Shown: positions 24,592-36,778 of the stretch, one piece after another | Layout of the letters: each line of letters opens with the position of its first letter | Numbering within the stretch: the first letter of the stretch is position 1 | Origin: Camelus dromedarius | Taxonomy: Eukaryota | Reading direction: 5' to 3' | Length of the DNA stretch: 64,000 nt | Assembly: GCF_036321535.1 (NCBI RefSeq) | Contig: NC_087463.1 | Location: 16,306,001 to 16,370,000 of the forward strand | Position numbers and translations under genes: made by a program | Notes under the pieces: model-generated | Databases searched by the model: none | The model's input: the letters and a program-made list of their open reading frames with translations, nothing else | Told to the model about the DNA's origin: nothing

Positions 24592-24877
24592 GGATTTTTC
24601 TACTTAAAATTCTATTTAAAAATTTTTTTTTATTGAAGTATAGTCAGTTTACAATGTTATGTTAATTTCTGGTGTACAGCAGAGTGATTCAGTTACATAT
24701 ATATGTAAAATATATATATATATATATTATATATTCCTTTTCACAGTCTTTCTCATTATAAGCTATTCCAAGGTATTGAGTGTAGTTCCCTGTGCTAGGC
24801 AGCAAGACCTTGCTATTTGTCTATTTTATGTACAGTAGTCAGTATAGTAGTTTGGGATTTGCAGATACTAGCTACTG
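24592..24877 (-). mobile_element. Young L1 3' fragment with a 5' inversion, TSD TACTTAGG
   Basis: TSD at 24584-24591 and 24878-24885; antisense 3'UTR followed by sense 'agtagtttgggatttgcagatactagctactg' (24846-24877). Confidence 0.8.
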
Positions 24878-25332
24878 TACTTAGGTTTTTGATCCAGCAT
24901 TAGTTAATTTTTGTATATGATGTGTGGTCGGAGCCTAACTTTATTTTTCTCTGTGTGGATGTCCACTTGTCTCAGCATCATTTGTTGAAAAGAAATCGTT
25001 TCGCTGTGCTTTTCAAAAATCAACTGATCGTCAATGGAAGTATTTATTTCTGACTCTTAGTTCTATTCCAGTGTATACTCTCAGTAAGAAAGACAACCAA
25101 TTCATTCCTGTAACAATGTAGATGACTCAAAATGCATTTTGCTAAGTGAAAGAAATTATGCACAGATTGTAGAAAAAGGCAAAATTACAGAGACAGAGAT
25201 CAGATGAATGGTTCCCAGGGTTGCAGGTCCAAGGGGTAGGCTGTCTTTAGAAGGGCAGGCAAGGAATTTGGGATGTGATGAACTATTTTGTGTCATGACT
25301 ATAATGGTGGATACATTACTCTATGCCTTTGT

Positions 25333-25470
25333 GTTTTTTTAATTTAAATTATTTTTTACTAAGGGGGGGATTAGGTTTATTTGTTTATTTTTAGAGGAGG
25401 TACTGGGGATTGAACCCAAGACCCTGTGCATGCTAAGCACATGCTCTACCATGTGAGCTATATCCTCCCC
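25333..25470 (-). mobile_element. Camelid tRNA-Ala-derived SINE (Vic-1-like)
   Basis: Reverse complement of the 27131 element; TSD tct(a/g)tgcctttgt at 25320-25332 and 25471-25483. Confidence 0.85.
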
Positions 25471-27130
25471 TCTGTGCCTTTGTTAAAACCCACAGAACTA
25501 TACACCACAAAAAGTAAATTTTACTGTTTGTAATTTCTAAAATAAAAAATAATGGTTTGGAAAGTTAAAGTAAAATAATGATCACTTTGTTCTAGATTGC
25601 ACTCTTCCTTCCTCTGAGTAATACAGTGATTTGATTCAATGGCTAGAGAGTCAATTGAAGACAAATAGGAATTAGAGAATTCCACACACCAGTAAATATT
25701 TCAAAAATGCTATTCTGCTCCTATACTACTAAAATTTAGGGATTCACCATGTTTGTTAGAGGCTTCTTATCAAGTGTATTAATTGGTGTAGCTTATAACA
25801 TGGATGAACTTTATTTGTATTTTGTTCTGTAGTTAGAAACTTCAAGAAGCAAAAATGTTAGAATGAAAAAATGCATGAGGGAGTCAACCAAGAAGTAATA
25901 CTAATTTCAGTTGCCATTTCCATAGTGTTTGGGGCAAAGATGCCTGTAATTGCTTCTGTTGCTGAAAATGAAGTTTGCAATGATCTATTGATAGCTATTC
26001 CTTCATAGCAGAATCACTCATGATAAGATACATGGAGACAAAGAACTCACTTGAATATATTCATTAGACATAAATCAAGGAGAGAGAGAGAACAGTTTTA
26101 CAAATATAATTAAAAGAGCCTATATTTTACAAGTAGAGGCACATGAAAATTTTCTACTTTGGCAGAAAATCTGAACATCTACTTTGACAGATGATCTGAA
26201 GTCTGAAAATAATAGTGAGTCACAAAATTTTGGGAGAAATCAGTGTTTAATAGGATCCCATTTAATGGGCTTCTGACTGCTTCTTCTCAAGCAAAAGAAA
26301 ATAGAGAAGTTTATATTAGAATTTCTCTCCTTCATTTCAGATGACTGATCACTCAGTGGGTCTTCTACATTTGTTGCCATGACAACAGAGATGGGGAAAC
26401 AGAGAAACTATTAACTATGTCTCTCTAGATACTCAATTATATGTTTGATAGGATGATGTGCTTAATAAAAAGTGACAGCACAACATATTGCTCCACAGAC
26501 TCAATCTGGGTTCTCCTCTAGTGCAAGCTGTCTTCCAAACCGTCCCATCAGTTTTTATGATATGAAACCGTGGTAAACCATTTGCTTTTGAGCCAGTGAT
26601 CCTCCTAGGCTATTGCTTCTTCCGACTACATACATTTCCACCATATTCTCCACTGAAGCAGCTACTGTTGTGCCCAGTGTTCAGTTATTACCAGTTTGAT
26701 GGTTTTCCTGATGCTTGTTCATCTGCAGCAGAAGAGAAAGTTCTTGCTCAGCTGGCCTGTGGACACAGTGTATTGAGCTATGAATCTTAACCCTGTCTTT
26801 ATATATATATCCCACTCATAAGAAGTTTTTTCCCAAATAATAATGCCTCCTTTTAGAATAGATACTTCTTATACTCAGATGATTAGCTCTTCAAGAATAG
26901 GGACTGTCTATGGGATACACTGGGTAACCTGTGTCAATGACGTGAGGGTCAAGAATACACTTAATATATGTTTAGCTGTACAAGGGTGATGCTTCAGTCC
27001 ACCATAGGATGGGGGAATTTAGAATTGTTGTTCTCAATGTTATAATGTGTCTCTTCTCATTCTCTGGTCACAGTAGAGAAATAGTAGAGAGGGAGTACAG
27101 AATAATTTAATACAAAGAATATATATTACA

Positions 27131-27249
27131 GGGGGGAGGGTATAGCTCAAGTGGTAGAGTGCATGCTTAGCATGCTTGAGGTCCTGGGTTCAATCCCCGG
27201 TACCTCCTCTAAAAATAAAATAAAACCTAATTACCTCCCCCTGCCAAGT
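27131..27249 (+). mobile_element. Camelid tRNA-Ala-derived SINE (Vic-1-like) with intact Pol III A and B boxes
   Basis: ggggggagggTATAGCTCAAGTGGtagagtgcatgcttagcatgc...GGGTTCAATCCcc...aaaaataaaataaaacctaattacctcccc; 16-bp TSD with 14/16 match (27115-27130 / 27250-27265). Confidence 0.9.
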
Positions 27250-27620
27250 AAGAACATATACTACATAAACCACACACATATAAAAGTTACATAAAATCAG
27301 GAGCAATTACATAAAACAAAAGTTAATTCTTTCATTATTATACATGGTCCTAAACAGATCATTAATATCCTGAATTCCAAAGTTTATGTGGGTGTATCAT
27401 GAGGAAGCAAAACTAGAATTTAAAAACTATAGTGACATTATCTGATTACTTTTTCACACATTACCTTGCCAAGGTTTTTATGGCATCTTCTCAGTCATTA
27501 AGTAGTTTTCTATAGTGTTCCATTAAAGAAAGATTACTTGGCTGGAATTCAGTGCTTTGTGTTTAAACGTTACTTTGCCTCTGGGTTCTTTAACCCCAGG
27601 GCATGACTCCTGGCCCAATC

Positions 27621-27745
27621 CAGTGGTTCTCTAGGGGAGCTTTTTAAAAAAGATACAAATGCATGGAACCCACCCAGACAAATTAAATCAGAACTTCTGA
27701 GATTGTGATCAGAGTTGTTTTTTTTTTAAGCATCCCCAGTGATTG
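27621..27745. mobile_element. MER5A-like hAT-Charlie remnant
   Basis: 'cagtggttctc...aaattaaatcagaacttctgag...aagcatccccagtgatt'. Confidence 0.65.
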
Positions 27746-29179
27746 TTTAAAAAAAAAAAAACAGTTACAGTTAACTCACTGGATTATTAGCCAGTAAAGT
27801 TAAATAGAAAAAAGTCTGACCTCACTAGTTCCGTCTCAGAACAGCCATCGAGAAATTGGCTAGTTTCTCGAGAGAATGAAGGTACACACTCACATTACAC
27901 AGCATTTTGCTCTACCACATTTGATGAAAGAACATATATTCGCTTTGAGCGTAAGTGTCCAGCTGGCCCAAAGGGCTCATTGTCTGAGCATTTAGTATGT
28001 TAACAGTATGATCTATGATATTTGGTTTGATGTTCTAAGTAGAAAAATGCGAGATTGTTGAAGAAGGCCTTATGATATTGAGAGAAGCAAGTCTTCATTG
28101 TGGAATGGAAGTAGCTGAATCTATTTTAATCATATCTCTCCCTAAATCAGAAAGAGTCACGTAATTTGTAAAACTATAGAATGTAAGTGAGAATTATTTT
28201 ACAGCTACACAAGGTCTAGTGTCAGTGACTTCCAGTTCAGTTAAAGGGGTTGTTTACAGATGACCTATTTTATTTCTCCATAATCTACTGTGTATCCACT
28301 AAACTGAAACAACTTAAAACCAACTACATTAAAAAAAGAAAGAGATTGATTTATTTAAGCCCAGGGAAAGGAGAGGAGAGTGGCAACAACTCCTCCTCTT
28401 CTCTCTGATTTATTCACCACGTGAGGTTGCCTCAGGACTGTTTTTGCTCTCCCTCTGGGGAGACGAGACTTTCCACCAAGGAAGAGGTGAGGACTTCTAG
28501 ACTCGGCTGTGAGGGGGCCGACTTTCTGTCTGGGAAGAGCTGAAGGAGTGGGTGGGCTCTCCTGGGGTTATCATCATCTCCAGCAGCTGCTGTTCTAGTG
28601 ACGACTGAAAACATTGTTTTTAACGGTTCTCGCGTTCTTTGCTCCTCTTATACACAGCAGCGCCTCGTGACTTGTGGACTCATTGTATCCATTAGGTGGC
28701 ACCCAATCTGTGTGGCAGGTGTGGGAGCGACAGCTCTTTTCAGGATCTGACATAATTTTGGGTCAACTGCTTGGTTGCACTTAGAAAAATAACTGTGTTG
28801 TTAAAAAACAACCATCGTTATGGCCTCTTCATTCTGACCCATGTAAATCAATGTGATTCTCTAAATGATCTGAACCAAAATGTACTTAATATCTTAATGT
28901 AAGTATTTTTTATTTCACCAATTTTACACTATTTGCCTTCACCGTTCATCTGGAAGTTTCCTTCACATAGGCTAACAGATGCTATCTTTCTCATTTTCCA
29001 TGGCAGAAAGCTTTGCAGTGTGCCCATAAATATGTTAATACACAAGTAACTTAATTTTCATAAACTCGAACTGTGGCTGTATACCAAAGAAGAAGTAACA
29101 TGCTAACATGGTTATGAAGAATTTCCATTTGCCTTTTTCTGAATTTTCTTTTCAACAGTGCTGATTCTTAGAGCTTTAA

Positions 29180-29470
29180 GTCTTGCCAAATTCCCCACAT
29201 AAAAAAATTTGTGTTTATATGCCTTTTGAGATTAGCATAGCCATGTAACTTGTCTAGGTGAACAAACATGAGTGAAAGTGATGTGAAACTCCTGTGATTG
29301 ATCTCTTTCTGCTACCGCAGTGATCCGCATTAGAGTTGGTGGTTGCTCTGTCCGCCTAGGGCCCAGAACAAGACACTGTAGACTAGACACCCAGATAATC
29401 TGCAAGTGTAGTTAAAAGCCACTAAGGTTTGGGGGTTATTTGTTACCATTGCGTAATCATTCCTGACTGC
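29180..29470 (+). mobile_element. MLT1-type MaLR LTR fragment
   Basis: Ends 'ttaaaagccactaaggtttgggggttatttgttaccattgcgtaatcattcctgactg'. Confidence 0.7.
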
Positions 29471-29589
29471 TCTCACCATGTAATTCCCAGGAATTTCAGT
29501 GTGCTTTGAATTTTAGCTGAATTTATCAGTTAGCCTGTATTGTCACATAGGTGACTACAGTTCTTAACTCCTCCTGCTTCATCCTCAGG

Positions 29590-30210
29590 GGAGGCAATTA
29601 TGGTGATATCATCACTGTAAGGCACTAACTGGCTTTTAATGTTTATCATTTCCAAGTCCTTCTCCACCTAATTATGACGAACGCCAGTGAATTCAAATAT
29701 CCCCATGGGAAAACAGTAAATGTATACTCGATTCCATCCAAAAGCACGCAGGCTGAGCCTGGCTCAGTTGAAAAGAAGGCCCTCGCTAGTCTGGGAGGGC
29801 AAACAGATTTCTGCCGAGCTCTCTGACCTCTTTCTTGTTCAGTCTTTTCCACGTTCGACCCAGCCGAAGCCACCAGAGACACCCTGTGCTCCTGACCTCC
29901 AGGGTGTCTGCTTTGCACACTGACCGGTCAAGACTGTTAAGAGGGGATTTAGTAAGAAACAGTACTCCTGCTTCAGCCACTGTCTTAACAAGGGTGGTGA
30001 TCTCTTGCCGCCCTCCGGGCAGTTCTAAAAGTTGTCCTTTCGTGTGGCCAGTTGGAACTGGGCAAAGGGCGGACTTGGACAGCAGCCCACGTGAAAAGGG
30101 CCCGGCCAACAGGACCAAGCACGCATTGTATCCATCCCATTCATGCGCGTGGGAAGAGCCCAACCCATAGCTCTCCACCCTCCCAACACAGAAGCTCCTC
30201 ACTCTCCCTC
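29590..30210 (-). mobile_element. Fossil ERVL pol (reverse transcriptase) fragment
   Basis: Minus-strand peptides LELPGGRQEITTLVKTVAEAGVLFLTKSPLNS, DGIEYTFTVFPWGYLNS and YSDDI (29605-29619) match recalled ERVL RT motifs (IPGG.AEISATIKDLKDAGVV.PTTSPFNS; QYTFTVLPQGYINS; YIDDI) in order, across frameshifts. Confidence 0.8.
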
Positions 30211-30569
30211 CCCTTTCTCATTGGGCCTCTCACAACAGCATCGCTGTCCTGTCCGCAGTCTCACTGTGCCTCAAGCACTCACGCCTGCTGGGAAAACTAA
30301 GCATTTGCAAAAAACGGCTCCTTGGCTGCTCCACTCCTATTGTTTCGTAAGATCCCCGTCAGGGGGTGGATGACTGGATGAGCAGGGCATCGGCTTTTAA
30401 TTGTTTTCAGATTTGACCACTTTGACTAAGACAGTGGACTCATTTCTGGTTCAAATATTTTTCATTCCAAACTGAGGTCCTTGCAGATGAATCTGAATTC
30501 CTCAAGGCCTCAGAGGCATAAGGAGAATAGATTATATCGTCTTCATTGAGAGTTGTGTTTGGAAAGGAC

Positions 30570-31200
30570 TTAGGTCACCGGAGTTACATTTGATTTGTCA
30601 GGCTTGGTTTTATTCTTTATCATGGCAGATCTGTTTCAGTTTTTATCTTAGTCCTAGGGCGCAGGTCCTTTATTTTGGAGCTTCGCCCTTAGTTGGAAAG
30701 CCTGGTTTGTCTAGAGTGTCCCCTGAGTGTCCCAGGCACTCGGCAAGGCCTCTTCCCTCCTCCGGGACTGGAGCTCCCAGGGGCAGTTAACCAGTCTGCC
30801 AGCTGCTCTCTGCTGCGCTGCACGGAACCTCCCAGTGTTCACGCGTAACCCGGCCCGGGAGACCCACGGTGAACCCCCACTGCAGCCTCCCTCTGCACGG
30901 CAGCCGCTTCTCTGACGCTGCCGGATGGGTGAACCCCGGCTGCTGCAGCACTCAGAGCTTCAGCTCTGCCTTCTCAGCTCAGCGAGACCCGTCCTCCTGG
31001 GCTCCACCTCCGGGCACCACAGCACGTAAGTCCTCCAGGCAGAACGGGTGATCCGTGTGCTTCCTGGTTCTCTTCTTTCAGGGATGATGGTCTTGCGCTG
31101 CCTTTGTTCGATGCCGGGAGACTGTTGCTTCAGGTGTTGTTGTCCACTTGTATAGTTACTTACGACTGGGGGGCAAGCGCGGCGCCAGTTACTCCATCAG
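30570..31200 (-). mobile_element. Ancient L1M 5' UTR fragment, CpG-rich
   Basis: Reverse complement contains 'accatcatccctgaaagaag...ggtctcgctgagctgagaaggcagagc...gccctaggactaag...taaagaataaaaccaagcctgac', resembling old L1M 5' ends. Confidence 0.6.
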
Positions 31201-31599
31201 GCCTGAGCGTGGACACCTGATTGTCTTTATTTCCAGGAAGGCGTTTTTCTGTTCGTGTTTGTTTGTAATAGCCAGATAAGTATATTTTCATAAACGGGCC
31301 AGCAGGTGTCAGTAAAAGGCAAAGCAGTGACATGTGAGTTTTGTATTGGGCTGTCAGATATTTAATTATCAGAGTCAGAGCTTAGCAAATAAATCCGTCT
31401 TTTAAATGTAATAACTCTACGCATAATCCTCTTTTTTTTGGTGGCGGGGGTGGACAGGTGGTAGCAAGAAGAGGCATTGGTTTGATTTTCCAAGGGAGCA
31501 GTAGGACCGCCAGACACTCAGCTGTTCTGGCCAATCATAAGGCCTTGAGAAATCCCACTCAGAAGGTTTTCACAAAGAAATCTCACACCTCCCAGGGGC

Positions 31600-32163
31600 C
31601 AGTGCCCCTGATCAAGCTGGCCTTAAGGTTTTCTTTAGTTTGGTTAAACTTTAGACAGACTTCTTCCTGATTCTCAGCCAGACCCATGACCTTCAACTTC
31701 CTAAAACATTTTTTTTTTTTTAGAAAACTTGTAAAAATCTTCCTCTATCACTTTGAGATGTAAAGCTTTTAAATTAAACTTCTTGCCTGTTTTATAACCC
31801 AAGAACGTCTTTCTGAAGGACCTGGAAGCCATGCCTTTGAAATTCATCATCAAGTAAGATGGTGCCTCCATCTCCCAGTTTCAGTGTGGGGAGAGGGGGC
31901 AGGAGACTTTGATGGACACCTCGCTCCAAGGTGTAAAACTAGCTCACGTCAGGAAGATAGGAGCGTGTTTATTTTTCGTCTGGGTAAGGTCAGTTAGCAA
32001 ACACAGATGCCTGAAGATCTCATTACTCCAGCTCTTAAGACTCTCTTTGTTTCAGCAGAGTTGAGCTCAGACTGAGTTCTGGCCTCTCTCCCCTAATGCG
32101 GTTGCTCTGAATAACATCTTCTTTGTGTGCTTGACTTTGTCCAGTGCAGTTTCTGCTTTGACC
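31600..32163 (+). mobile_element. ERV1 LTR (MER31/MER39/MER34 group)
   Basis: Ends 'gagttgagctcagactgagttctggcctctctcccc...tgtccagtgcagtttctgctttgac'. Confidence 0.65.
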
Positions 32164-32357
32164 TACGAAACCGGAATTTATGTAAAAATCTCTAAGTTAT
32201 CCTTCACATTTTAAACAAGTATTTTATTCACCATACTTAGTGTGATGTAGACATTCAAATACACGCTCAGGGTTTTTGAATGTAAAGTACTTGTATGTGA
32301 GAGACTATTATATGAGAGTTTTTTTCCTGAAAAAAAAATTTCGTACGTCTGTAAAGA

Positions 32358-32458
32358 TGGTTACACATATCTGCCAATGTACTGAAATCCACTGAATTGT
32401 TCATTTTTAAATGGATGAATGGTATGGTGTGTGGGCTGATTCAATAAAACTGTAAGCT
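32358..32458 (+). mobile_element. L1MB/MC 3' end fragment
   Basis: 'gatggttacaca...aatgtactgaaatccactgaattgttcatttttaaatggatgaat...caataaaactgt'. Confidence 0.7.
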
Positions 32459-35400
32459 TCCAGCGAGTATAGTGCTTGTCAGCCAAAGTGGAACCTAAAA
32501 AAGACAAGAATTCTTCTAGTGTTAGCAAGTTCATCGTTTGTATTGGTGTCTCACGCATTGAAGAATTCTTTGTCATTAAGATGTTTCAAATGCGTTAGAA
32601 ACAGAGTTCAGAAAATTATACAACTCATAAAACAGTGATTATTACGAAATTTAAGAATAACTGAAATTGAATGAGTTGGTTATGCATCTAAGCATAGAAA
32701 GCTTACTAGACCTTTATTTAAAGTTGTATTATTTAAAACTATAAAAAGTCATAACTTCAGTAGCTTTTCAGAAGGGTCCTTGAACTCCCCGAAACCTGAG
32801 TAAAAATAGTATTTCCCTTATTAATAATTGCTAGATGTATGTAACTTTAAAATATATATTTGCTGAAAGTTGGCTAAGTGAATTTTGTTGGCTACATGCA
32901 GGAATGCAGTATTAACGTACACTGTTAGTCTCGTAATAGAAATAAGCTTGTAATATGAGTAAGACTTTATATAATAACCACTTTATAAAATAGGATTCTT
33001 CCATGTGGGATATAGCCAAATATAGCTCTTTTATTAAAGTATATCTATTAAAAGCATGCTAGAATAAAAACAAAAGTTATGCAGAGAAACTCATGCAAAT
33101 ACGTCATATATAAAGTTGCTCTCTTAAATTTTCGCTTTGAAATCAAAGTTTGAATGGTTGGCAATATATTAATTTCCTCACTAGACCCTGCACAGAGCAA
33201 AAAGTACTGTTTGTGTGAGTCCGTGTTTCACTTTGAGCTCAGTAGTGTTCCCAGATTATTTAAGTACCTTAAATCGTATCATACTTACGCTATAAAATGA
33301 GTTTTAAGCAATTTATTGTCTCTGTTTCTGTAGCTGTGAAGACAGTACCCTTGATCCTTCTCACACTCACATAATGCACTTGAAATTAGACATATCTTTA
33401 AGGGAAAAGTTTTTATAGACTAATTAGTCTGTTATATGATCATGATGAATATGAGATGGCTAAATTATTCTTCAGGAAATTTTTATTTAAAATTTTTGAA
33501 AAATAATTATTAAAATAATGTTTTATTACAGAATGCCGAATTATAAAGACTCTCAAATAAGCCACTCTTCCATAGAAAGGATATTCCTATATTAAATATA
33601 AAAATCTAAGATTTTAGTTTTAATTTGTCTATGTAAGTGACTGAGCAATGTATAAATTCATACCAAATAATGGCAAAAAAGACTTCCTTAATAATGCCGC
33701 TAAGAACGTTCAGCTGGTATAAGAGTTTGATTGAGAACACAATATTTCCTTAAGTCAGTTAAAAGTTATTTAATAACCTATTTAAATAGATGAAACCAAA
33801 ATACTCTCTTTTTACCAATGTTGAGTTCTATTCCAAGGGTCATAAATTTGAGAAGATAGTTGTGCTTGAAAACTGTGATAACCAGGTTAGCAAGTAATTA
33901 CGACTAAAAAGAGCATCTAATTCTATGTGGGTAAAAATGACATTCCATCAGTGTGAAACCAGCCACTTTGTACAAATGGCAAAATAATGCTTGTGGGAAT
34001 AAAAATATCAAGTACAACCCGATATGGGCTATTAGTTAAATTTCTAATGGTCAACTCAGAATAATTTATTTCTTTAATGTATTTAACCTACAAGTTTCCC
34101 AGGGGAAAAATGAGTGGAAAAGCTAACCAATTTGAACCACTAACTTAGATGAATGGCAGAAGAGAGAATTTCTTCTTGCTTCTCGAGACAACTCAGTATC
34201 CCTGCTATTATTTAAATTTCAAATGGTCAAATCAAAATAAAAAGAGAGAGGGAAGGGTCTGAGGGGTTACGGTACCTGGAACCTAACAGAAGGGTGGAGC
34301 CTAGTAAGCGGATATGCACGGAGACGGTCTTACGGCGGAGGCTGGCCAGTGAGTTTACCGGAGCAGTGGTGTTTGACATGCAATTTAAAATTGTCCTAAT
34401 CTGTAATGTAATTTTTCACTCCGAGCCAAAATATTTTCAGTAAAAATCTGATACAAACAAAAACCTTGGCTAGTGGAGTCTGGGACATGAAAAGAAGATA
34501 ATCACAGTTTTCTACAAGAGAACAGCAACACAGCAAGCAATGCTTAACCGGCGTGTTTTAACTCCAGTGTGCATTGTCTCAGGAGTGGATGGGGGACTAT
34601 CAACTTCCTCCCAGTAAGAAATCCTGCTGAAGGGACATCCCACTTTGGGAGGTTTGCAGACTCCTAAGAAAATACCAGTTAATAACAGAATGTCGAATAT
34701 TTGATAAAACAACTTGGTTTAGCCTCTTAAAAAAAAAAAAGTCAAGGTTGTTAATACAAAGAAGGAGATGAGAAGGAATTAAAGACTTCTCTATATTATT
34801 GCCGCACAGCAGGGAAACAGGCTCCTCAAAACCTTGCTTTGAGGCAATTGAGCAGGCAAAGGATTTTGTAAGGTTTGGGGGATGGAGCTACTGCAAACAC
34901 AGCAGGTGGCTGAGATGTTGAGAAGACCCAAAGCGGATTTCCAGGCACTCTGGCCTGTACATTTTCCAAACAGACACCTGGTTAATGTGAGCAAGAGAAA
35001 AAGACCCTGCCCTTTCTCTGAGAAAGATGTGAGTGATGGCAAAAAAGGAAGAACAGAGTAGATACGAAATTATACGAACAAAGGAATCAGAATTACAGTG
35101 TTCCTGTAATCTTGGCTACGGCAGTCGCTTGCAGGGACCACCTTGAGAAAGGAGTCCACCTGAGACTGAATTATGTGACAGAGCCACTGTGTTTTGTAGC
35201 AATTTAGGAAAAAAAGTTGAATGAATAAAATTAGAAATTTGGGGGAAAAAGATGTAGAAAACCATGAAATACAAAGGATACTCTTTGATTGGTTCAAAAA
35301 TATCATTTATCTAAATTTTGTGTATCTAAATTTTGAAACGGATTATTATTATTCCAATCAAATTTTTCCTTAGGTTGATTCCTAAACAGAATATTTTGTT

Positions 35401-36745
35401 TCAAGCTAAGACAGAATTTATGTTAAATTTCTTATCTATGAAGAGCAGGTGGGGAAAAGGCATGTATTGCCATATTGAAAACACAGAGTGTATTTCTGCA
35501 CATAAAATAATACAAAAGGAAAGCACTTTAAACATAAAAGAAATGTATGAGTGAAATTAATATTTTTTAGAAACGCAATTTTATGTTAATTAAATTATTT
35601 GTAATTCAGCTTTCAAGTACAACTAATTAGCAAAATGGGAGTGTCAGGTTAAAATTCAGCAATATTTAAATTATTTATGGTATTATTTATGGTATTTCAT
35701 CTTAAAATTCTTTTAACTCTGGATTTAGTTCTCTGACCACATACAATCTAATTAGTAATATCCATAATGTTCTTTATGTATCTAAGCAATGCTCATTTTC
35801 TTAAATTTAATCTTCTATCTTACTGATTAAATTTGCTCTTTAATCTGCAAAAGCACAAAATAGATTTATTTTTGAAGCTCTAGAGCATTTGGCTGATTCA
35901 ACATTGGAAAAACAATTAATATTGCTGAATCTTTACGCAGGGTTCAAATGATGGTTTAGGGCAGTGCAGCTGAACGGTGCATCTGCCCTGTGCACCGAGC
36001 AAGGAGTCCACCCTGAGGGTGAGGAGGAAAGAGCCCACAACACGGGTTCCACCTACTCCACTGGCCTCAAAAGCCCGGCTCAGGCCAGAGCAAATAGCAG
36101 TTTCCCACTCTCCTCTTTACCCTTCTTTTTTCTCACGATGTCATCTCTTCCCTAGAGACCTTCATCCTGGCTTCATATTCTGTGTCTAAACGGAGATCGT
36201 ATCTGATTTGGTGATGTATTTGTGTATAGAATTTTGTGTATGTAAAAATCGAATGCAATAGGAATCGTTTTCTACTTCTAATAATTTCAAAGGAAACAAG
36301 ATGGTGGGGGTTTTTTTTGTGCCATTAACCAAATTTCTAATAAATGAAATAATATTCAAAGAGTTGATGAACTGGAAGGATTAACTGCTGTAGAATGCCT
36401 AATTTGTTTCAAGCCACAGAATTTGATTTCTCACTTTTAAAAAATGAGAATATTAATCTATGCCTCACAGTGTTCTCTTGTGAAAATTAACTGGTATTAT
36501 GAATGTAAATTAACTGAGGCTCAGAGAAATTAAACAATTTGCTGCATAAATGACAGGTGAAGGATCTAGTTCCAGTTAGTAGAACTTGTTAGATGCATTT
36601 GGGAAGAAGTTGGATCCCATGACTCTTAGAAACTGATCTTTTTTTATACGTTCAGTTGAATATGCCACTTTACTGAACTATAATTCACTATAATCCCTTT
36701 ACTCCTTTCCTGATGGAAAATACACACGTACCAAGAAACCTTCCT

Positions 36746-36778
36746 TGCATTTACTAATTTGCCCACCAGATGGCAGTA
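36746..36778 (+). promoter_or_regulatory. Bipartite CTCF motif (upstream module plus core)
   Basis: TGCATTTAC-taatt-TGCCCACCAGATGGCAGTA: near-consensus core with an upstream TGCAxTxC module at 5-bp spacing. Confidence 0.7.

Larger units (their letters stand above)
24165..25545. mobile_element. Old L1 (L1MB-like) with an internally inverted ORF2 segment and two younger nested insertions
   Basis: + ORF2 piece 24165-24360, - ORF2 piece 24361-25075, + 3'UTR 25080-25545. Confidence 0.75.

Noticed and set aside
27131-27210. tRNA-Ala(AGC) gene
   Set aside because: The A-rich tail, TSD and two further copies in the window indicate a tRNA-derived SINE.
28340-28760. GC-richer segment (ORF 28432-28614) as a retrocopy or ERVL gag
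   Set aside because: There is no convincing homology, poly(A) tail or TSD, and its position is inconsistent with the minus-strand pol fragment.
30090-30150. Kinesin-like 'DGYNAC' peptide in the 138-aa minus ORF
   Set aside because: It lacks the following FAYGQTGSGKS P-loop; the ORF is explained by ERVL pol.
31026-31081. Intron formed by GTAAGT (31026) and the acceptor at 31081
   Set aside because: At 56 nt it is below the usual mammalian minimum intron length.
34480-35200. Possible coding exons (e.g. MELLQTQQVAEMLRRPKADFQALWPVHFPNRHLVNVSKRKRPCPFSEKD)
   Set aside because: No recognisable homologue, stops in adjoining frames and weak acceptors.
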